A DNA stretch of 64,000 nt from contig JALVSY010000007.1 of NCBI GenBank assembly GCA_027036135.1, forward strand, positions 740,880 through 804,879, read 5' to 3'. The position numbers were made by a program, and so were the translations under genes. The notes beneath the pieces are model-generated. The model saw only the letters and a program-made list of their open reading frames with translations. It was not told where the DNA came from and ran no database searches. Positions 47,685 through 58,036 of this stretch are shown here, piece by piece. Position 1 is the stretch's first letter. Every line of letters begins with the position of its first letter. Source of the stretch: Pyrodictiaceae archaeon. Its GTDB lineage: Archaea > Thermoproteota > Thermoprotei_A > Sulfolobales > Pyrodictiaceae.

Positions 47685-48292
47685 GCACTACCCTCTCGGC
47701 CGAGGAGGACCTACGCCACATAGAGACTAGCCTCGATAAATTGTTCAGAGTAGCCATGGAGAGCCTCGAGGCCGTGGAGAATGCTCTCAGAGAGGCTAAG
47801 CCCTTAGACCTCTCAGCTAACACAGCGCTAGCAGAGCACTTGAAGGACACGATATACACTGAGGCATTGTTCTTCATAGCTAAGTGGCAGCCGCTCGGCC
47901 ATGAACTCCTCTACGTAGAGGCCTTGATAAAGGTATCATATGACTTGTTCCGGATAACTAGGTACGCTAACGAGATAGCCCTCACGATATCACTTGCACC
48001 CGGTACTAGGATAGATAGCCAGGTCGTGGAGGTGGCGCGGACAGCGAGAGAGATGGTTGAGCGCGCTTTCAGGGCACTCCTCGAGAAAAAGAGGGACATA
48101 GCAAAGAACGTTGAGGAGCTAGACGCTGTAATAGATAGGGCTTACCGCGCTGCACTACAGGGGGTTGCATCAAAGGAACAAGTTCCACGAGAAGAGGCTC
48201 TCGCCTGCATCATACTCCGGCAGCTGGAGAGAGTAGCTGACCACGCAACGTATATTGCTAGAGAGGTTCTACGTGCACTCGCACCCAGCTAG
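47681..48292 (+). CDS. phoU: Phosphate transport regulator PhoU
   Basis: WQPLG..L, YDLFRI, LERVADHATYIA; end of pst operon. Confidence 0.88.
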   Translation: MSTTLSAEEDLRHIETSLDKLFRVAMESLEAVENALREAKPLDLSANTALAEHLKDTIYTEALFFIAKWQPLGHELLYVEALIKVSYDLFRITRYANEIALTISLAPGTRIDSQVVEVARTAREMVERAFRALLEKKRDIAKNVEELDAVIDRAYRAALQGVASKEQVPREEALACIILRQLERVADHATYIAREVLRALAPS

Positions 48293-48316
48293 CCCGGTCA
48301 AGGGAGGAGGAACATC

Positions 48317-49303
48317 GTGCCCCTAATAGACGAGGAACAAGTGAGGAGAGTCGCTTCCTTCCTCCTGAAAGCCGTTGATAAATACGAGCCGGATAGCTTT
48401 GATGATCCCTGCTGCTACCCGCCAAGTAGCGCAGACAAAGAGACCACCGCTATGTACTTCTTAGTAATGGTCGCAATGGATCACCGGCTTAGCCGCCCAA
48501 GCAGGGTATACGAGGCAATAGTAGATGGGAAAAGGTATCACGGGGCTGATCTTCTCTATCGCCTCGGGAAAAGGATGCTCGATGAGGATCCTGGTTTCTT
48601 CGCTGCTGAGCGACTAGCCCGGGTCAGCCGGGAGGATGTTCTTCGCTGGCTATGCGTAGGCTCTACATGTCCACCAGACCCAGAGCTGCGAGCAGCGTTG
48701 CTAAGAGATCTTGGGCGCAAGCTGCTTCTCCACTACAATGGCTCGGCTCTCCAGCTAGTAGAGGAGAGCAAAGGCTACCTCCACTCATGGAATCCGGGGT
48801 CCCCTGGGTTCATTGAGAGGCTTAGATTGTTCGAGGCCTACGTCGACCCTGTTGAGAAGAAGCCTATGCTGCTGGCAAAGTTTCTTGAGCGCCGCGGGGT
48901 CCTGGAGGTAAAGGATCCCTGGAATCGTAGGGTTCCTGTGGATAACCATGTGACCCGTATAGCTCTTAGGCTAGGCCTAGTTAGGCTTGAACCTTCTCTC
49001 CGGGCTAAGCTTGTTGAGAGGAGAGAGTACACTCCGTGGGAGGACGTAGGGCTTAGAATGGTTATCCGGGAGGCTTGGCACCAAGTAGCCGAGGCAATGA
49101 ATGTTAATGACTTTGTCCTAGACGATATACTATGGACTATGGGTAGAAAGGTTTGCCTACAAGGAGCCCCCTTGTGCAAGGGGTGTAGTAATCACCCAGT
49201 GTGCGAGAATAGCTCGTGTGTTCTCCGCCCCATATGCCCTGTAGGCAGGGGGGAGGAGAAGCCATTAGATGAGCACGTCTTCTACAATACCTGGTGGTAC
49301 TAG
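48317..49303 (+). CDS. HhH-GPD/endonuclease III-like fold protein with C-terminal Cys cluster
   Basis: DPVEKK, VPVDNHVTRIALRLG, LWTMGRKVC..PLCKGC....C....C....C. Confidence 0.6.
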   Translation: MPLIDEEQVRRVASFLLKAVDKYEPDSFDDPCCYPPSSADKETTAMYFLVMVAMDHRLSRPSRVYEAIVDGKRYHGADLLYRLGKRMLDEDPGFFAAERLARVSREDVLRWLCVGSTCPPDPELRAALLRDLGRKLLLHYNGSALQLVEESKGYLHSWNPGSPGFIERLRLFEAYVDPVEKKPMLLAKFLERRGVLEVKDPWNRRVPVDNHVTRIALRLGLVRLEPSLRAKLVERREYTPWEDVGLRMVIREAWHQVAEAMNVNDFVLDDILWTMGRKVCLQGAPLCKGCSNHPVCENSSCVLRPICPVGRGEEKPLDEHVFYNTWWY

Positions 49304-49459
49304 AGAAGACTATATCGCTATAGGGCCGATGAGGTTACCTTGTTTGGCTACCTCCGGAGCCCTCAAGAGGGGCCGTGGCGAGTCCTGGCCTTACCGAGGC
49401 CGCTCCATCACTCCACAAGTAGCTACTGATACACCAGGAAGGAGGTGCTGAGCTAGGTC

Positions 49460-50422
49460 TTGTTCGTTGTAAGAGCCGTTGTTACTGAGCTAGAGGTGAA
49501 GGGAGTATACCGGGCAGAGAGCAGAGGCTCTGGGCTTGATGCGTGGCTCGGCAGCCCTAGTAGTGGCAGGGTCTCTGTAAAGCTCCACGTTATGAAACTG
49601 AGAAAGTTGGGGCTCCTTGTGCAGAACCTACCAGAAGAACATGTACACGTTGTATGGGAGCCTCTTCTCCGCATAGAGCACGTCGGGGAAGCTATATGCA
49701 GGTTTCATGAAGGGCCTTGGGAGAGGCCGGAGGAGCATCGCTATTGTACTCGGAGAGCTACTACACGAGAAGGCTACTGCGAGCTTCATAAGAGGAGCTG
49801 GCGCGCTCTCTACGAGAAATGTGCGCAGGGCATTGACTCTGCTTGTTTATCAGTAGCCCCTCTTCTCCGGGGCTACGAGTTCATAGTCTATGTGCTTGAT
49901 TACGGGGGCTCCGTGGCTAAAGCGGGGCTAACACAGAGCTGGCGACTATTGTGGCGCGTAAGCGAGCAGCCCCACGTGGCAGCCGCCGCGGTTTTCCGCG
50001 GAGAACTACTCGAGGCTAGGGAATTGGAGAAGAAGCTGGGAAGGAGCCCAGCTGCCACAGAGGGAGCTGCTGCTCGCCTGAACAAGCGTCTAGAGAGCGC
50101 TATAGTCACCCTGCGCCGAGGACTTAGAAGCCCCGAGAAAATAGCTGCTAGGCTCGCTTCTATGCTCCAGAGGCTGGGCTTTAGCGGAGAATTTGAGGCA
50201 TACACGGTGCTACCCCGTAGCGGCATCCCCCAATGGGTTCTCGAGAACCGACACGCCTCACTAGGCGATGTAATAGGAGAGAAGATACGTATCCGCGATT
50301 ACTGGGCTGGCTTTCTCCTCGTAGAAACAGAGGACACGAGACTTATCATGCATAAGTCTGATATACAGCACTTAGCCCTTGGAGGAGTAATCGTGCCCGG
50401 AGAGGTAAGTGAGAGCAAATAG
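49460..50422 (+). CDS. DUF2797-like hypothetical protein
   Basis: Cys pattern C..YC..YC..H..C..C and VYVLDYG..KAGLT..R..EQ. Confidence 0.6.
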   Translation: MFVVRAVVTELEVKGVYRAESRGSGLDAWLGSPSSGRVSVKLHVMKLRKLGLLVQNLPEEHVHVVWEPLLRIEHVGEAICRFHEGPWERPEEHRYCTRRATTREGYCELHKRSWRALYEKCAQGIDSACLSVAPLLRGYEFIVYVLDYGGSVAKAGLTQSWRLLWRVSEQPHVAAAAVFRGELLEARELEKKLGRSPAATEGAAARLNKRLESAIVTLRRGLRSPEKIAARLASMLQRLGFSGEFEAYTVLPRSGIPQWVLENRHASLGDVIGEKIRIRDYWAGFLLVETEDTRLIMHKSDIQHLALGGVIVPGEVSESK

Positions 50423-50482
50423 AGCCGCCTTCATGATTAGTTAAGAGGGGGCTAGCCCAGTTCACGGCTAGAAGGGAGTACT

Positions 50483-51352
50483 TTGGAGGACATGCTCACT
50501 CGGAGAAGCCTCGAGGATCTCCGCAGACTTGTTGCCCGGGTTGCGGGCGAGGCTGCGGCTTATCTAAGGGACCGCTTCGGGCTCGAAGAGTTCCTTGAGA
50601 CCAAGGGCATCCATAGCTATGATACTGATGAGAGCATGGTGATAGACTGCGAGAGCGAGAACAACGTCATAGAGCTACTCCGCTTAGAGGGCTTCCGAGG
50701 CATCTTCGTCGGAGAGGAGCACGGAGTCGTCAAGCTAGGCGATGACCCCTTTGTCGCTGTGGTAGACCCGCTCGATGGTAGTAAGAACTATGCGAGCCTC
50801 GTGCCATGGAGCGCTGTTAGCATAGCCATTGCCCCACTACCCGGGGATCGGGAACCAGTTCTCCGCGACGTGGTTGCTGGAGCTATAGCCCCTATACCTG
50901 GGATGCCTATCCTTAGCTTCGCAAGAGGGCTGGGCGCCTTTGAAGGGGGAGCAAGAGTTCACACCAATAACAAGAGGAAGAGACTTGTATTAGCGTACGT
51001 TGAGACCCTTGATCAAGCGAGGGTGGTTCACAGCTATCTTATGCTAAGGAATAGTAGGATGAGCGTACGTGCTCTCGGCAGTGCTAGTCTCGAAATAGCC
51101 TGGGTCGGTATGGGGCGCGCCGATGTCTTCATAGATGTCAGGGGTAGGCTAAGGATAGTTGACGTGGCCGCATCAGTATGGTTCGCCAAGGAGGCAGGAG
51201 CGATAGTAGCTATCGAGAACCCTGAGGCAAGGCTTACGGGCGTCGAGAGAGTAGGTAGTGTATTAGCGTCGTCTAGCCGGGAGTCCTGGAACGTGCTTGT
51301 AAAGGCGCTTGAGGAGACAGGGTTCCACGAACTCGCGGAGAGAACACTATAG
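50483..51352 (+). CDS. Inositol monophosphatase / FBPase family protein
   Basis: GEE, VVDPLDGSKNY, RALGSASLE, DVAA. Confidence 0.88.
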   Translation: MEDMLTRRSLEDLRRLVARVAGEAAAYLRDRFGLEEFLETKGIHSYDTDESMVIDCESENNVIELLRLEGFRGIFVGEEHGVVKLGDDPFVAVVDPLDGSKNYASLVPWSAVSIAIAPLPGDREPVLRDVVAGAIAPIPGMPILSFARGLGAFEGGARVHTNNKRKRLVLAYVETLDQARVVHSYLMLRNSRMSVRALGSASLEIAWVGMGRADVFIDVRGRLRIVDVAASVWFAKEAGAIVAIENPEARLTGVERVGSVLASSSRESWNVLVKALEETGFHELAERTL

Positions 51353-51444
51353 CTCAGCAAGACACAGAGCCCCCATAGATGCCACGACCAAGTCCGAGTC
51401 ATCGTCTTTCCTTAATAGGATTCATTTCATGAATTCCTGGGTCG

Positions 51445-52452
51445 TTGAGCGTCTTGGCGAGGCTAAGGGACGCAGGGGAGAAGCAGGTCCTTAAAAGACT
51501 CGAGAAACTATTGTCTATGCAGTGGCTATGTACCAGTCTTAGCCCAGGCGATGACGCTGTCTGCGCCGGAGAGGGCCATGAAGACTTGTTGGTAAAGATT
51601 GACGGAGGCTCAGTAGCTTCTAGCCTAGCTCCTTGGATGAGCTACGCGGATCTTGGCTGGCAATGGGTCACCGCCACCGCTAGTGACTTGGTAGCGAAGG
51701 CCGCTAAGCCACTAGTCTTCCTAGTATCTGTTGGACTGAGCCCAGAGGAGCCAGAGGAGCACCTCTACGAGATCGTGAAGGGAGCTATGGAGGCTGCTAG
51801 AAGGCATGGCGCGTGGCTAGGCGGAGGCGACACTAATGGCTCCTATGGCGCTGGCTGGGTAGATGTAGCTGGGATCGGCAAGGCTGTTCGACTACCCCTG
51901 CCTGGTAGGAGAGCTAGGCCCAGCGACCAAGTCTACGTAACCACTGGTAGGCTTGGATTGAGCGGAATTGCGCTTCACTCCCTCCTCCACGGCAACTGGG
52001 CTGAGGCAAAGAAATCATTCCCAGAGGCCTTCTCCGAGTTCACAAGGCCCTTGGCTAGGCTCGGCTTCCTCGAGCTATATCGCGCCCTGGGTCATGAATG
52101 CGTAACAGCATCCCTGGATATTAGCGACGGGCTAGCTGAGACACTATACCAGCTCTCCGAGGCAACAGGGCGCGTAATAGTACTTGACAACTTGCCCGAG
52201 ATAAGCATTGCAGCTGAGTATGCACGGCTCTATAGAATCAGTTACTCAGAGCTATTGCTTTACGGTGGCCAAGAATACGAACTCGTATTCACAGTGAGCC
52301 CGGAATGCAAGGATAATGTCGAAACCGTGTCTAGGCAAGTAGGGTTAGAGATAACCAGAATAGGGCACGTAACGAGAATCGAGGATGTTGGTGTAAAGCT
52401 AGGGAATAGAATTGTTGAGAGAAGGGGCTGGGATAACTTCGCCAGAGCTTAG
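51445..52452 (+). CDS. thiL: Thiamine-monophosphate kinase
   Basis: GDDA, KIDG, SDLVAK, GGDTN, LDISDGL, GGQEYELVFT, GWDNF. Confidence 0.9.
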   Translation: MSVLARLRDAGEKQVLKRLEKLLSMQWLCTSLSPGDDAVCAGEGHEDLLVKIDGGSVASSLAPWMSYADLGWQWVTATASDLVAKAAKPLVFLVSVGLSPEEPEEHLYEIVKGAMEAARRHGAWLGGGDTNGSYGAGWVDVAGIGKAVRLPLPGRRARPSDQVYVTTGRLGLSGIALHSLLHGNWAEAKKSFPEAFSEFTRPLARLGFLELYRALGHECVTASLDISDGLAETLYQLSEATGRVIVLDNLPEISIAAEYARLYRISYSELLLYGGQEYELVFTVSPECKDNVETVSRQVGLEITRIGHVTRIEDVGVKLGNRIVERRGWDNFARA

Positions 52453-52720
52453 AGCACCAACTACGAGGAGGAAGGCTTACAAAATATTACCATGACTTAT
52501 TATCTCTAAGAGGCCGGCCTCGTCACATTTATCACGTGTTAATCGGATTAGGGTAATCCAGTACTACTAGTAGGTAGTACTAAAACCATAGGGATGGAAT
52601 GAGAAGTATCGTTAACTCGACTGATGAAAAAGTAGTACTGTTCCCACCGCTGGACTACCAACCCTATACAATAGAGCTAGTTAACTCAGACTAGACTAGA
52701 GACCCGGGTGGTCTTCTCTC

Positions 52721-53053
52721 ATGCCTATTGTGTATAGGTGTCATCGTTGCGGCTTCATACTACATGTCTTTGTTAGAGTTGGGCAGAATAGTTACGGCGT
52801 ACCCACTCCCAGCGAGCTAGCAAGCCAGTTTGGAGGAATATGTCCTCGCTGTGGAGCACCGCTCGGGAAGCCGACCTTAAACGATATAATAATTAAGCCA
52901 AATGGAGCCGAAGAACTAAGACGTGTACTCGAGGAGGCAAAGCAGATAATGAGGATAAGCTTCAGGAGCTTGGAGAAATACTTGTACGAGACCAGAGTGC
53001 CGAGCGTTGAAGCCCCGTCATCGAGCACTGCGACGGCTCACGCAGAGACCTAG
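52721..53053 (+). CDS. Zinc-ribbon protein
   Basis: YRCHRCG...CPRCG. Confidence 0.75.
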   Translation: MPIVYRCHRCGFILHVFVRVGQNSYGVPTPSELASQFGGICPRCGAPLGKPTLNDIIIKPNGAEELRRVLEEAKQIMRISFRSLEKYLYETRVPSVEAPSSSTATAHAET

Positions 53054-53232
53054 CAACGAAAGCGTATGGAGGATCTTCATTACCTGGTTTGGTCGTTCTC
53101 ATTAGAGGTGTTTGAGGTATTTTTGCCACGATATTTCCTATTCTATTGGCTGCTTGTTGCGCTAGGCAAGACTGTATGAGCCATTGTTCTTTTATCTGAT
53201 TGCTCTTCCCTGCTGCCACGGGATAACAGGGT

Positions 53233-53868
53233 ATGCTGGCCAGGGATGCTCCACCACTCTATGAGCTCAGGAAGAGCCTAGTTGATGCTATGCGTATTCT
53301 CCACGAACGCGGCTTAATCAATATACGCGGCGGCAATGCTAGCGCTATTTACAAGTTCTCTAAGGGCTTTGCCTTCATCTACATAACCCCTAGTGGCGCG
53401 ATTAAGCCGCTTATGAGGCCCGAGGATATAGCTGTCATAGATCTCGACGGTAATGTCTATGAGGGAAAGCCTAGTAGCGAGTACCGCTTACACATAGCTA
53501 TTTACCGTGAAAGAGAGGATGCTAGAGCAATTGTTCACGCTCATAACCCGCTTACAGTGCTAGCTAGGCGCCTAGGCTTAGAACTCAGCCCAAGACTCCT
53601 AGGCGTAGAGGCTAGGTACTACCTCGGAGACTGCATAGCTATAGTCCCAGAAGCTGAGCCCGGCACATGGGAGCTAGCGGAGAAAGCCGCTAAGGCTCTT
53701 GCTAAGAGAGAGTGCAACATTGCTGTACTAGAGGGACACGGAGCAGTAGCCATAGGAGCCAATAATGACCCCATTCAAGCTGTTTACGAGGCTGTTGACA
53801 GGATAGAAGCATTAGAGGATCTCGCGAGAGCTACTCTGCTTCACAACCTGCTACGCCACGAGAAATGA
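53233..53868 (+). CDS. Class II aldolase/adducin family protein (FucA/MtnB-like)
   Basis: GGNAS, ITPSG, PSSEYRLH, HAH, GHGAV. Confidence 0.88.
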   Translation: MLARDAPPLYELRKSLVDAMRILHERGLINIRGGNASAIYKFSKGFAFIYITPSGAIKPLMRPEDIAVIDLDGNVYEGKPSSEYRLHIAIYREREDARAIVHAHNPLTVLARRLGLELSPRLLGVEARYYLGDCIAIVPEAEPGTWELAEKAAKALAKRECNIAVLEGHGAVAIGANNDPIQAVYEAVDRIEALEDLARATLLHNLLRHEK

Positions 53869-53872
53869 GTAC

Positions 53873-54736
53873 TTAGCCATCTCGGCGATGCCTCGGAGGA
53901 TAAGCCGTCAAGGCTAACCAGGCACCACTCACCGACAAAAGCATGCCCGGGATACTAGCTAATGGTGGTCTCTCCCTAAGCAATAACCAGCCGAGCAGGC
54001 TGGCGCCATAGGGCTCGAGGAGAGCCACCCCGGTTACAACTGCAGCAGGATAATACCCAAGAGCATAATTCATCATACTGTGCCCCATGAGCATCGGCAC
54101 TAAGCCCAAGAGCACCAAGTACGGGACACTAGGGCTAGGCGGGCTCCAGGGCTCAAGCCCGAGTAGAGGAGCCGTCATGGATAGTACTAGAAATGCGGCG
54201 AGATAGGCCGCACTAGTATACTCTAGAGTAGAGGCTCCCCTGAGCCTTAGCCAACGCCCTATGAGGAAATATATAGACGCAAATACGGCCGCCAAGAACG
54301 AGAGCAATGCTCCGAGAAGCGTCGCCCCAGCCCAAGGAGTTGATAGAATAGCCACTCCCAGGAAGCCGAGAATAACGCCCAGAAGGCCTCGAAGACTAAT
54401 ATTCTTCGCGACAACTGATTCATAAATACCAATTATAACGGGATAAGAGACAACTATACCAGTAGACGAAGCTATGCTCATATGCCTGAGGCTCTCAAGC
54501 CAGAAAGCCAAGTGAAGAGCAAGAAAGACTCCACTAGGGACACTTCTCAGCACTAGCCACAGCGAAGGAAGCTGCCTAGCTAGGATAGCAAACAATATCG
54601 TCACTAGGCTACCAATAAGTAAACGCCACCAAGCCGCGGTAAACCCATCAACACCAGCAAGCTTGGCCAACGGTGCAGCAAAAGAGATACCTACAAACGC
54701 GATAACAATTGCTAACGAGGGCGGAAGACTACGCAT
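53873..54736 (-). CDS. DMT/EamA family transporter
   Basis: About 10 TM, two EamA repeats, GHSMMN..L, LLEP. Confidence 0.88.
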   Translation of the reverse strand: MRSLPPSLAIVIAFVGISFAAPLAKLAGVDGFTAAWWRLLIGSLVTILFAILARQLPSLWLVLRSVPSGVFLALHLAFWLESLRHMSIASSTGIVVSYPVIIGIYESVVAKNISLRGLLGVILGFLGVAILSTPWAGATLLGALLSFLAAVFASIYFLIGRWLRLRGASTLEYTSAAYLAAFLVLSMTAPLLGLEPWSPPSPSVPYLVLLGLVPMLMGHSMMNYALGYYPAAVVTGVALLEPYGASLLGWLLLRERPPLASIPGMLLSVSGAWLALTAYPPRHRRDG

Positions 54737-54913
54737 CTGATATACACCCTACAAACATGATTCAAGTCTCCAAGATAAATGAAAACGCCATAAAAGTCGC
54801 TAATGAGGATGCATATCCCCCGGGAGAGTGGGGCGTAGAGTTAATATTAGGGAATGCACTATAACCCTATTCGAGGAAAGCAAGAGTGCTACCTATGAGA
54901 GGTAGAGTTACCC

Positions 54914-55276
54914 ATGCTTCCGCTCCACTACGCTGTCTATAGGGCTCAGTTTGACTTCCTCAACGGGTTTGAGTGGATAATACTACTGTTCATAATACTG
55001 CTAATATTTGGTCCATCAAAGATACCCCAGTTAGCGAGAGGACTAGGACAAGCAATACACGAATTCCGTAAAGCATCACAGGGACTCATAGAGGAAGATG
55101 AGAAAAAGACAAAGAGCAATCTGGAAAACGTTGATGAGAAAACACTACGTGAGCTTGCGGAAAAGCTTGGCGTAGACAAACCCGAGGAAAAGAAAAAGGA
55201 CGAACTTATATCAGAGATAATTGCTCAGGCAAAGAAGAAGGGACTTATATCAGATGTAAAGATTAGGACTAATTAA
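54914..55276 (+). CDS. tatA: Twin-arginine translocase TatA
   Basis: EWIILLFIILLIFGPSKIPQLARGLGQAIHEFRKA. Confidence 0.92.
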   Translation: MLPLHYAVYRAQFDFLNGFEWIILLFIILLIFGPSKIPQLARGLGQAIHEFRKASQGLIEEDEKKTKSNLENVDEKTLRELAEKLGVDKPEEKKKDELISEIIAQAKKKGLISDVKIRTN

Positions 55277-55428
55277 GAATTAAAGACCTACTAGGCTGTT
55301 GGTGAAAATTCAGCGATCTTTCCTCCATTAAGGTTTTGAAATAACACGAATAGGAGCTGGTTTGTTCGAGAAGCCAGTGGGAGTTAGTGAGGAGCGGTTC
55401 TCAGAGAGCCTAGCGCCGGTGGTGAGGA

Positions 55429-56283
55429 ATGAGCGAGAGTTCACCGAATGATAAAGAAGCGACTATATGGGAACATCTAGAAGAACTTATTATTAGGCTT
55501 CGCCGCATAGTAATAGCGTTCATTATAGCCACTGCTATACTGTCAGCTCTGCCCGCTGGGTTCGAGGGTGGAAAACTTTATACTCCTTTAATAACAGTCT
55601 TTCCCCGCATCATTTTCCGACGCGTAATACCGCCACGCATAACTGCTTTTAACGGTAAAACGTATACAGTAGTAGTAATGCCGGGCTCGGAGTTCGAGTC
55701 AATAGAGATATTATCTTATTCTGCAGCCCTGTTGGGAATGATAGGTGCTGCACCCGTAGCCGCTAAGGAGATATGGGAATACATCGAGCCTGCACTTTAC
55801 CCCCATGAAAAGCAATTTATGAAACGCTATGTTGCTCTATTTACTGTGGCATTTATATTAGGTGTCATCTTTGCTATTAACGTAGTTGCACCACTCATAT
55901 ATCTAATGATGTACAAGCTCTATCCCTTATTCGTGCCAAATGGATATACAACTCTAATCAAGGTTGAGATAAGTAGAGTCGTCCTCTTTACACTTGAATT
56001 GGCTCTAGCCTTTGGCTTGCTCTTTGAGATACCCATAGTAATATACCTACTTCTTGCACATGGCATCCTTGACCCAGATATATTCACACCAACAATGATG
56101 AAATATATATTCTTAGGCGCGATGATAGTTGGTGCAATAATATCACCGGATCCCTCAGGACTTGGCATGACTCTTATAGGACTAAGCTTGTACCTTCCTC
56201 TCCACATAGCTGTTCATCTCGGTAAGAAGCGAGCGATAGAGCGTAAAACTCTAGAACAGATTAAAGCACTAGTGGAGAGCTGA
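55429..56283 (+). CDS. tatC: Twin-arginine translocase TatC
   Basis: WEHLEEL..RL, PALYPHEK, FEIP, ISPDPSG. Confidence 0.92.
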   Translation: MSESSPNDKEATIWEHLEELIIRLRRIVIAFIIATAILSALPAGFEGGKLYTPLITVFPRIIFRRVIPPRITAFNGKTYTVVVMPGSEFESIEILSYSAALLGMIGAAPVAAKEIWEYIEPALYPHEKQFMKRYVALFTVAFILGVIFAINVVAPLIYLMMYKLYPLFVPNGYTTLIKVEISRVVLFTLELALAFGLLFEIPIVIYLLLAHGILDPDIFTPTMMKYIFLGAMIVGAIISPDPSGLGMTLIGLSLYLPLHIAVHLGKKRAIERKTLEQIKALVES

Positions 56284-56376
56284 CAAAAATGTCGCAGTGA
56301 TTTCATGCTCGATACCAATATAAGCGGGTTTTATATAATCCCTCGGCCCAGGAGATACCAGGATAATAGGGGGGTT

Positions 56377-57492
56377 ATGATGTTGTTCTGGTTCTTTTAT
56401 GATCCCTTGACGATGATGGCGTTGATGATAGCGTATATTGTTGGCTTCGTAGCGTTACAGTTCATAGCCATGAAGATAGCGCCTCGTGTCGCTGCTAGTC
56501 TTGCTGGCCGTATGAGTCTCTACACCGCGATGCTTCTAACAGCTCTACTGGTTATCGGCGGCGGTACATTAACCGCTTATGCTCTCTACGCCGCCGCAGC
56601 TGCTTATGGTTATCACTTGTACGTGGAGTGGCTACTAGGGTTCTTGCTGGTTATGAGCCTTATTAGCTACGTGTTCGCACCATGGATGATAAACCTGGCT
56701 TACCGTGCAAAACCGAGCCCCGAGCTACAAGAGATAGTCAATGAAGCTGCTGAGAGAGCAGGGATGCAGAGACCCCCTAGAGCCGTGATTGTTGAAGGCC
56801 CACCGAATGCGTTCGCCTATGGCAACTTCCTAGCAGGACGCTATGTTGCTGTTTCTCGCTCTCTCTACGAGATGCTTAGCCGAGACGAGTTACTGGGTGT
56901 AGTAGGGCACGAACTAGGGCACCATAAGCACCGCGACACAGTTATAATAATGCTGCTAGGCCTAGTCCCAAGCCTACTATACTATATGGGTGTATTCCTC
57001 ATAAGGGCCGGTCTATGGGGCTCAGTGAGCAGCGATCGCGAGGAGGGTAATAGTGGTCTTGTACTAGCAGCTCTCGGTATACTCGGGGTAATAGTTAGCT
57101 TCGTTATGCAGGTAGCTGTTCTAGCCTTTAGCAGGCTCCGCGAGTACTACGCTGATGCCCATGGAGCCTTCGTGGCAGGTGTTAAGCCTATGCAGAGAGC
57201 ACTGGCGAAGCTACACCTCTACTACTCGACACCAAGAGGCCAGCAACGCCTACAAGAGCTTCATAAGAGTAGCATTAAGGCGCTCTTCATATATGCATTC
57301 ACATCAGCGTTGGCAAATCCGTTCTACGAGCCAAGCTGGGGTAAAAGAGAATTCTACGATATCGATAGAGTTGTTGAAGAGCTAAAGAGAGCCAAAGTCG
57401 ATCCCTCAGAGGAGATATTCAGTGATCATCCGCCAATACCTAAGAGGCTAAGGTTTCTTGACCAACTCGAGACAATCAACATAAGGCCCTAG
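56377..57492 (+). CDS. htpX: M48 zinc metalloprotease HtpX
   Basis: PNAFAYG, GHELGH, SRLREYYAD, SDHPP..R. Confidence 0.92.
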   Translation: MMLFWFFYDPLTMMALMIAYIVGFVALQFIAMKIAPRVAASLAGRMSLYTAMLLTALLVIGGGTLTAYALYAAAAAYGYHLYVEWLLGFLLVMSLISYVFAPWMINLAYRAKPSPELQEIVNEAAERAGMQRPPRAVIVEGPPNAFAYGNFLAGRYVAVSRSLYEMLSRDELLGVVGHELGHHKHRDTVIIMLLGLVPSLLYYMGVFLIRAGLWGSVSSDREEGNSGLVLAALGILGVIVSFVMQVAVLAFSRLREYYADAHGAFVAGVKPMQRALAKLHLYYSTPRGQQRLQELHKSSIKALFIYAFTSALANPFYEPSWGKREFYDIDRVVEELKRAKVDPSEEIFSDHPPIPKRLRFLDQLETINIRP

Positions 57493-57714
57493 AATAACCA
57501 ATATATCGAGTTTTTCTGTTTTTCTCGCTCGTTCTACATATATATGGCGTCTACACAATTTCTTCAATATTGATCGTAATTTATGCAAGGCCTTAAGCTC
57601 TCTAAGTACTTTTGTTTCCCGGTATTTTGCGAGTATTTAGTCTTCCAGTGAGCGTCACGAGGCTTGCGTGTTAGATAGTGTTACCATTACCTAGTATATT
57701 GTGGGGCTCTACAC

Positions 57715-58005
57715 TTGGCTCACCAAGTTATTGGAAAGCAGAGCGATTCTAAGCCGAGGTACTTGGGACTAGCTGTTGCTATAGAGCGTGTGCTAAGGGA
57801 GCTAGGAGGAAGAGCAGAGCTCGATACAGTGCTTGCCAGGGTGTGGAGCAGGTATGTCACAAGTAGTAACGGCGAGCGTGTTGTCATGAGGCTCTATCAC
57901 CACCCGAGCGGCGAGCTCTGGAGCCCGGATGCGGAGGAGGCCCTTCGCGTGCTGGAGGCAGCTGGGATAATTAAGCGAAAGGGGCGCATGCTTATCATAG
58001 AGTAG
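57715..58005 (+). CDS. Small winged-helix-like hypothetical protein
   Basis: 96 aa, WSPDAEEALRVLEAAGII wHTH-like C-terminus. Confidence 0.55.
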   Translation: MAHQVIGKQSDSKPRYLGLAVAIERVLRELGGRAELDTVLARVWSRYVTSSNGERVVMRLYHHPSGELWSPDAEEALRVLEAAGIIKRKGRMLIIE

Positions 58006-58036
58006 CTTGACCCATGACGGAACATCATCATTGCTA

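Noticed and set aside
55350-55420. Two small hairpins between tatA and tatC as a possible sRNA
   Set aside because: No convincing C/D or ACA boxes; short stems are expected by chance
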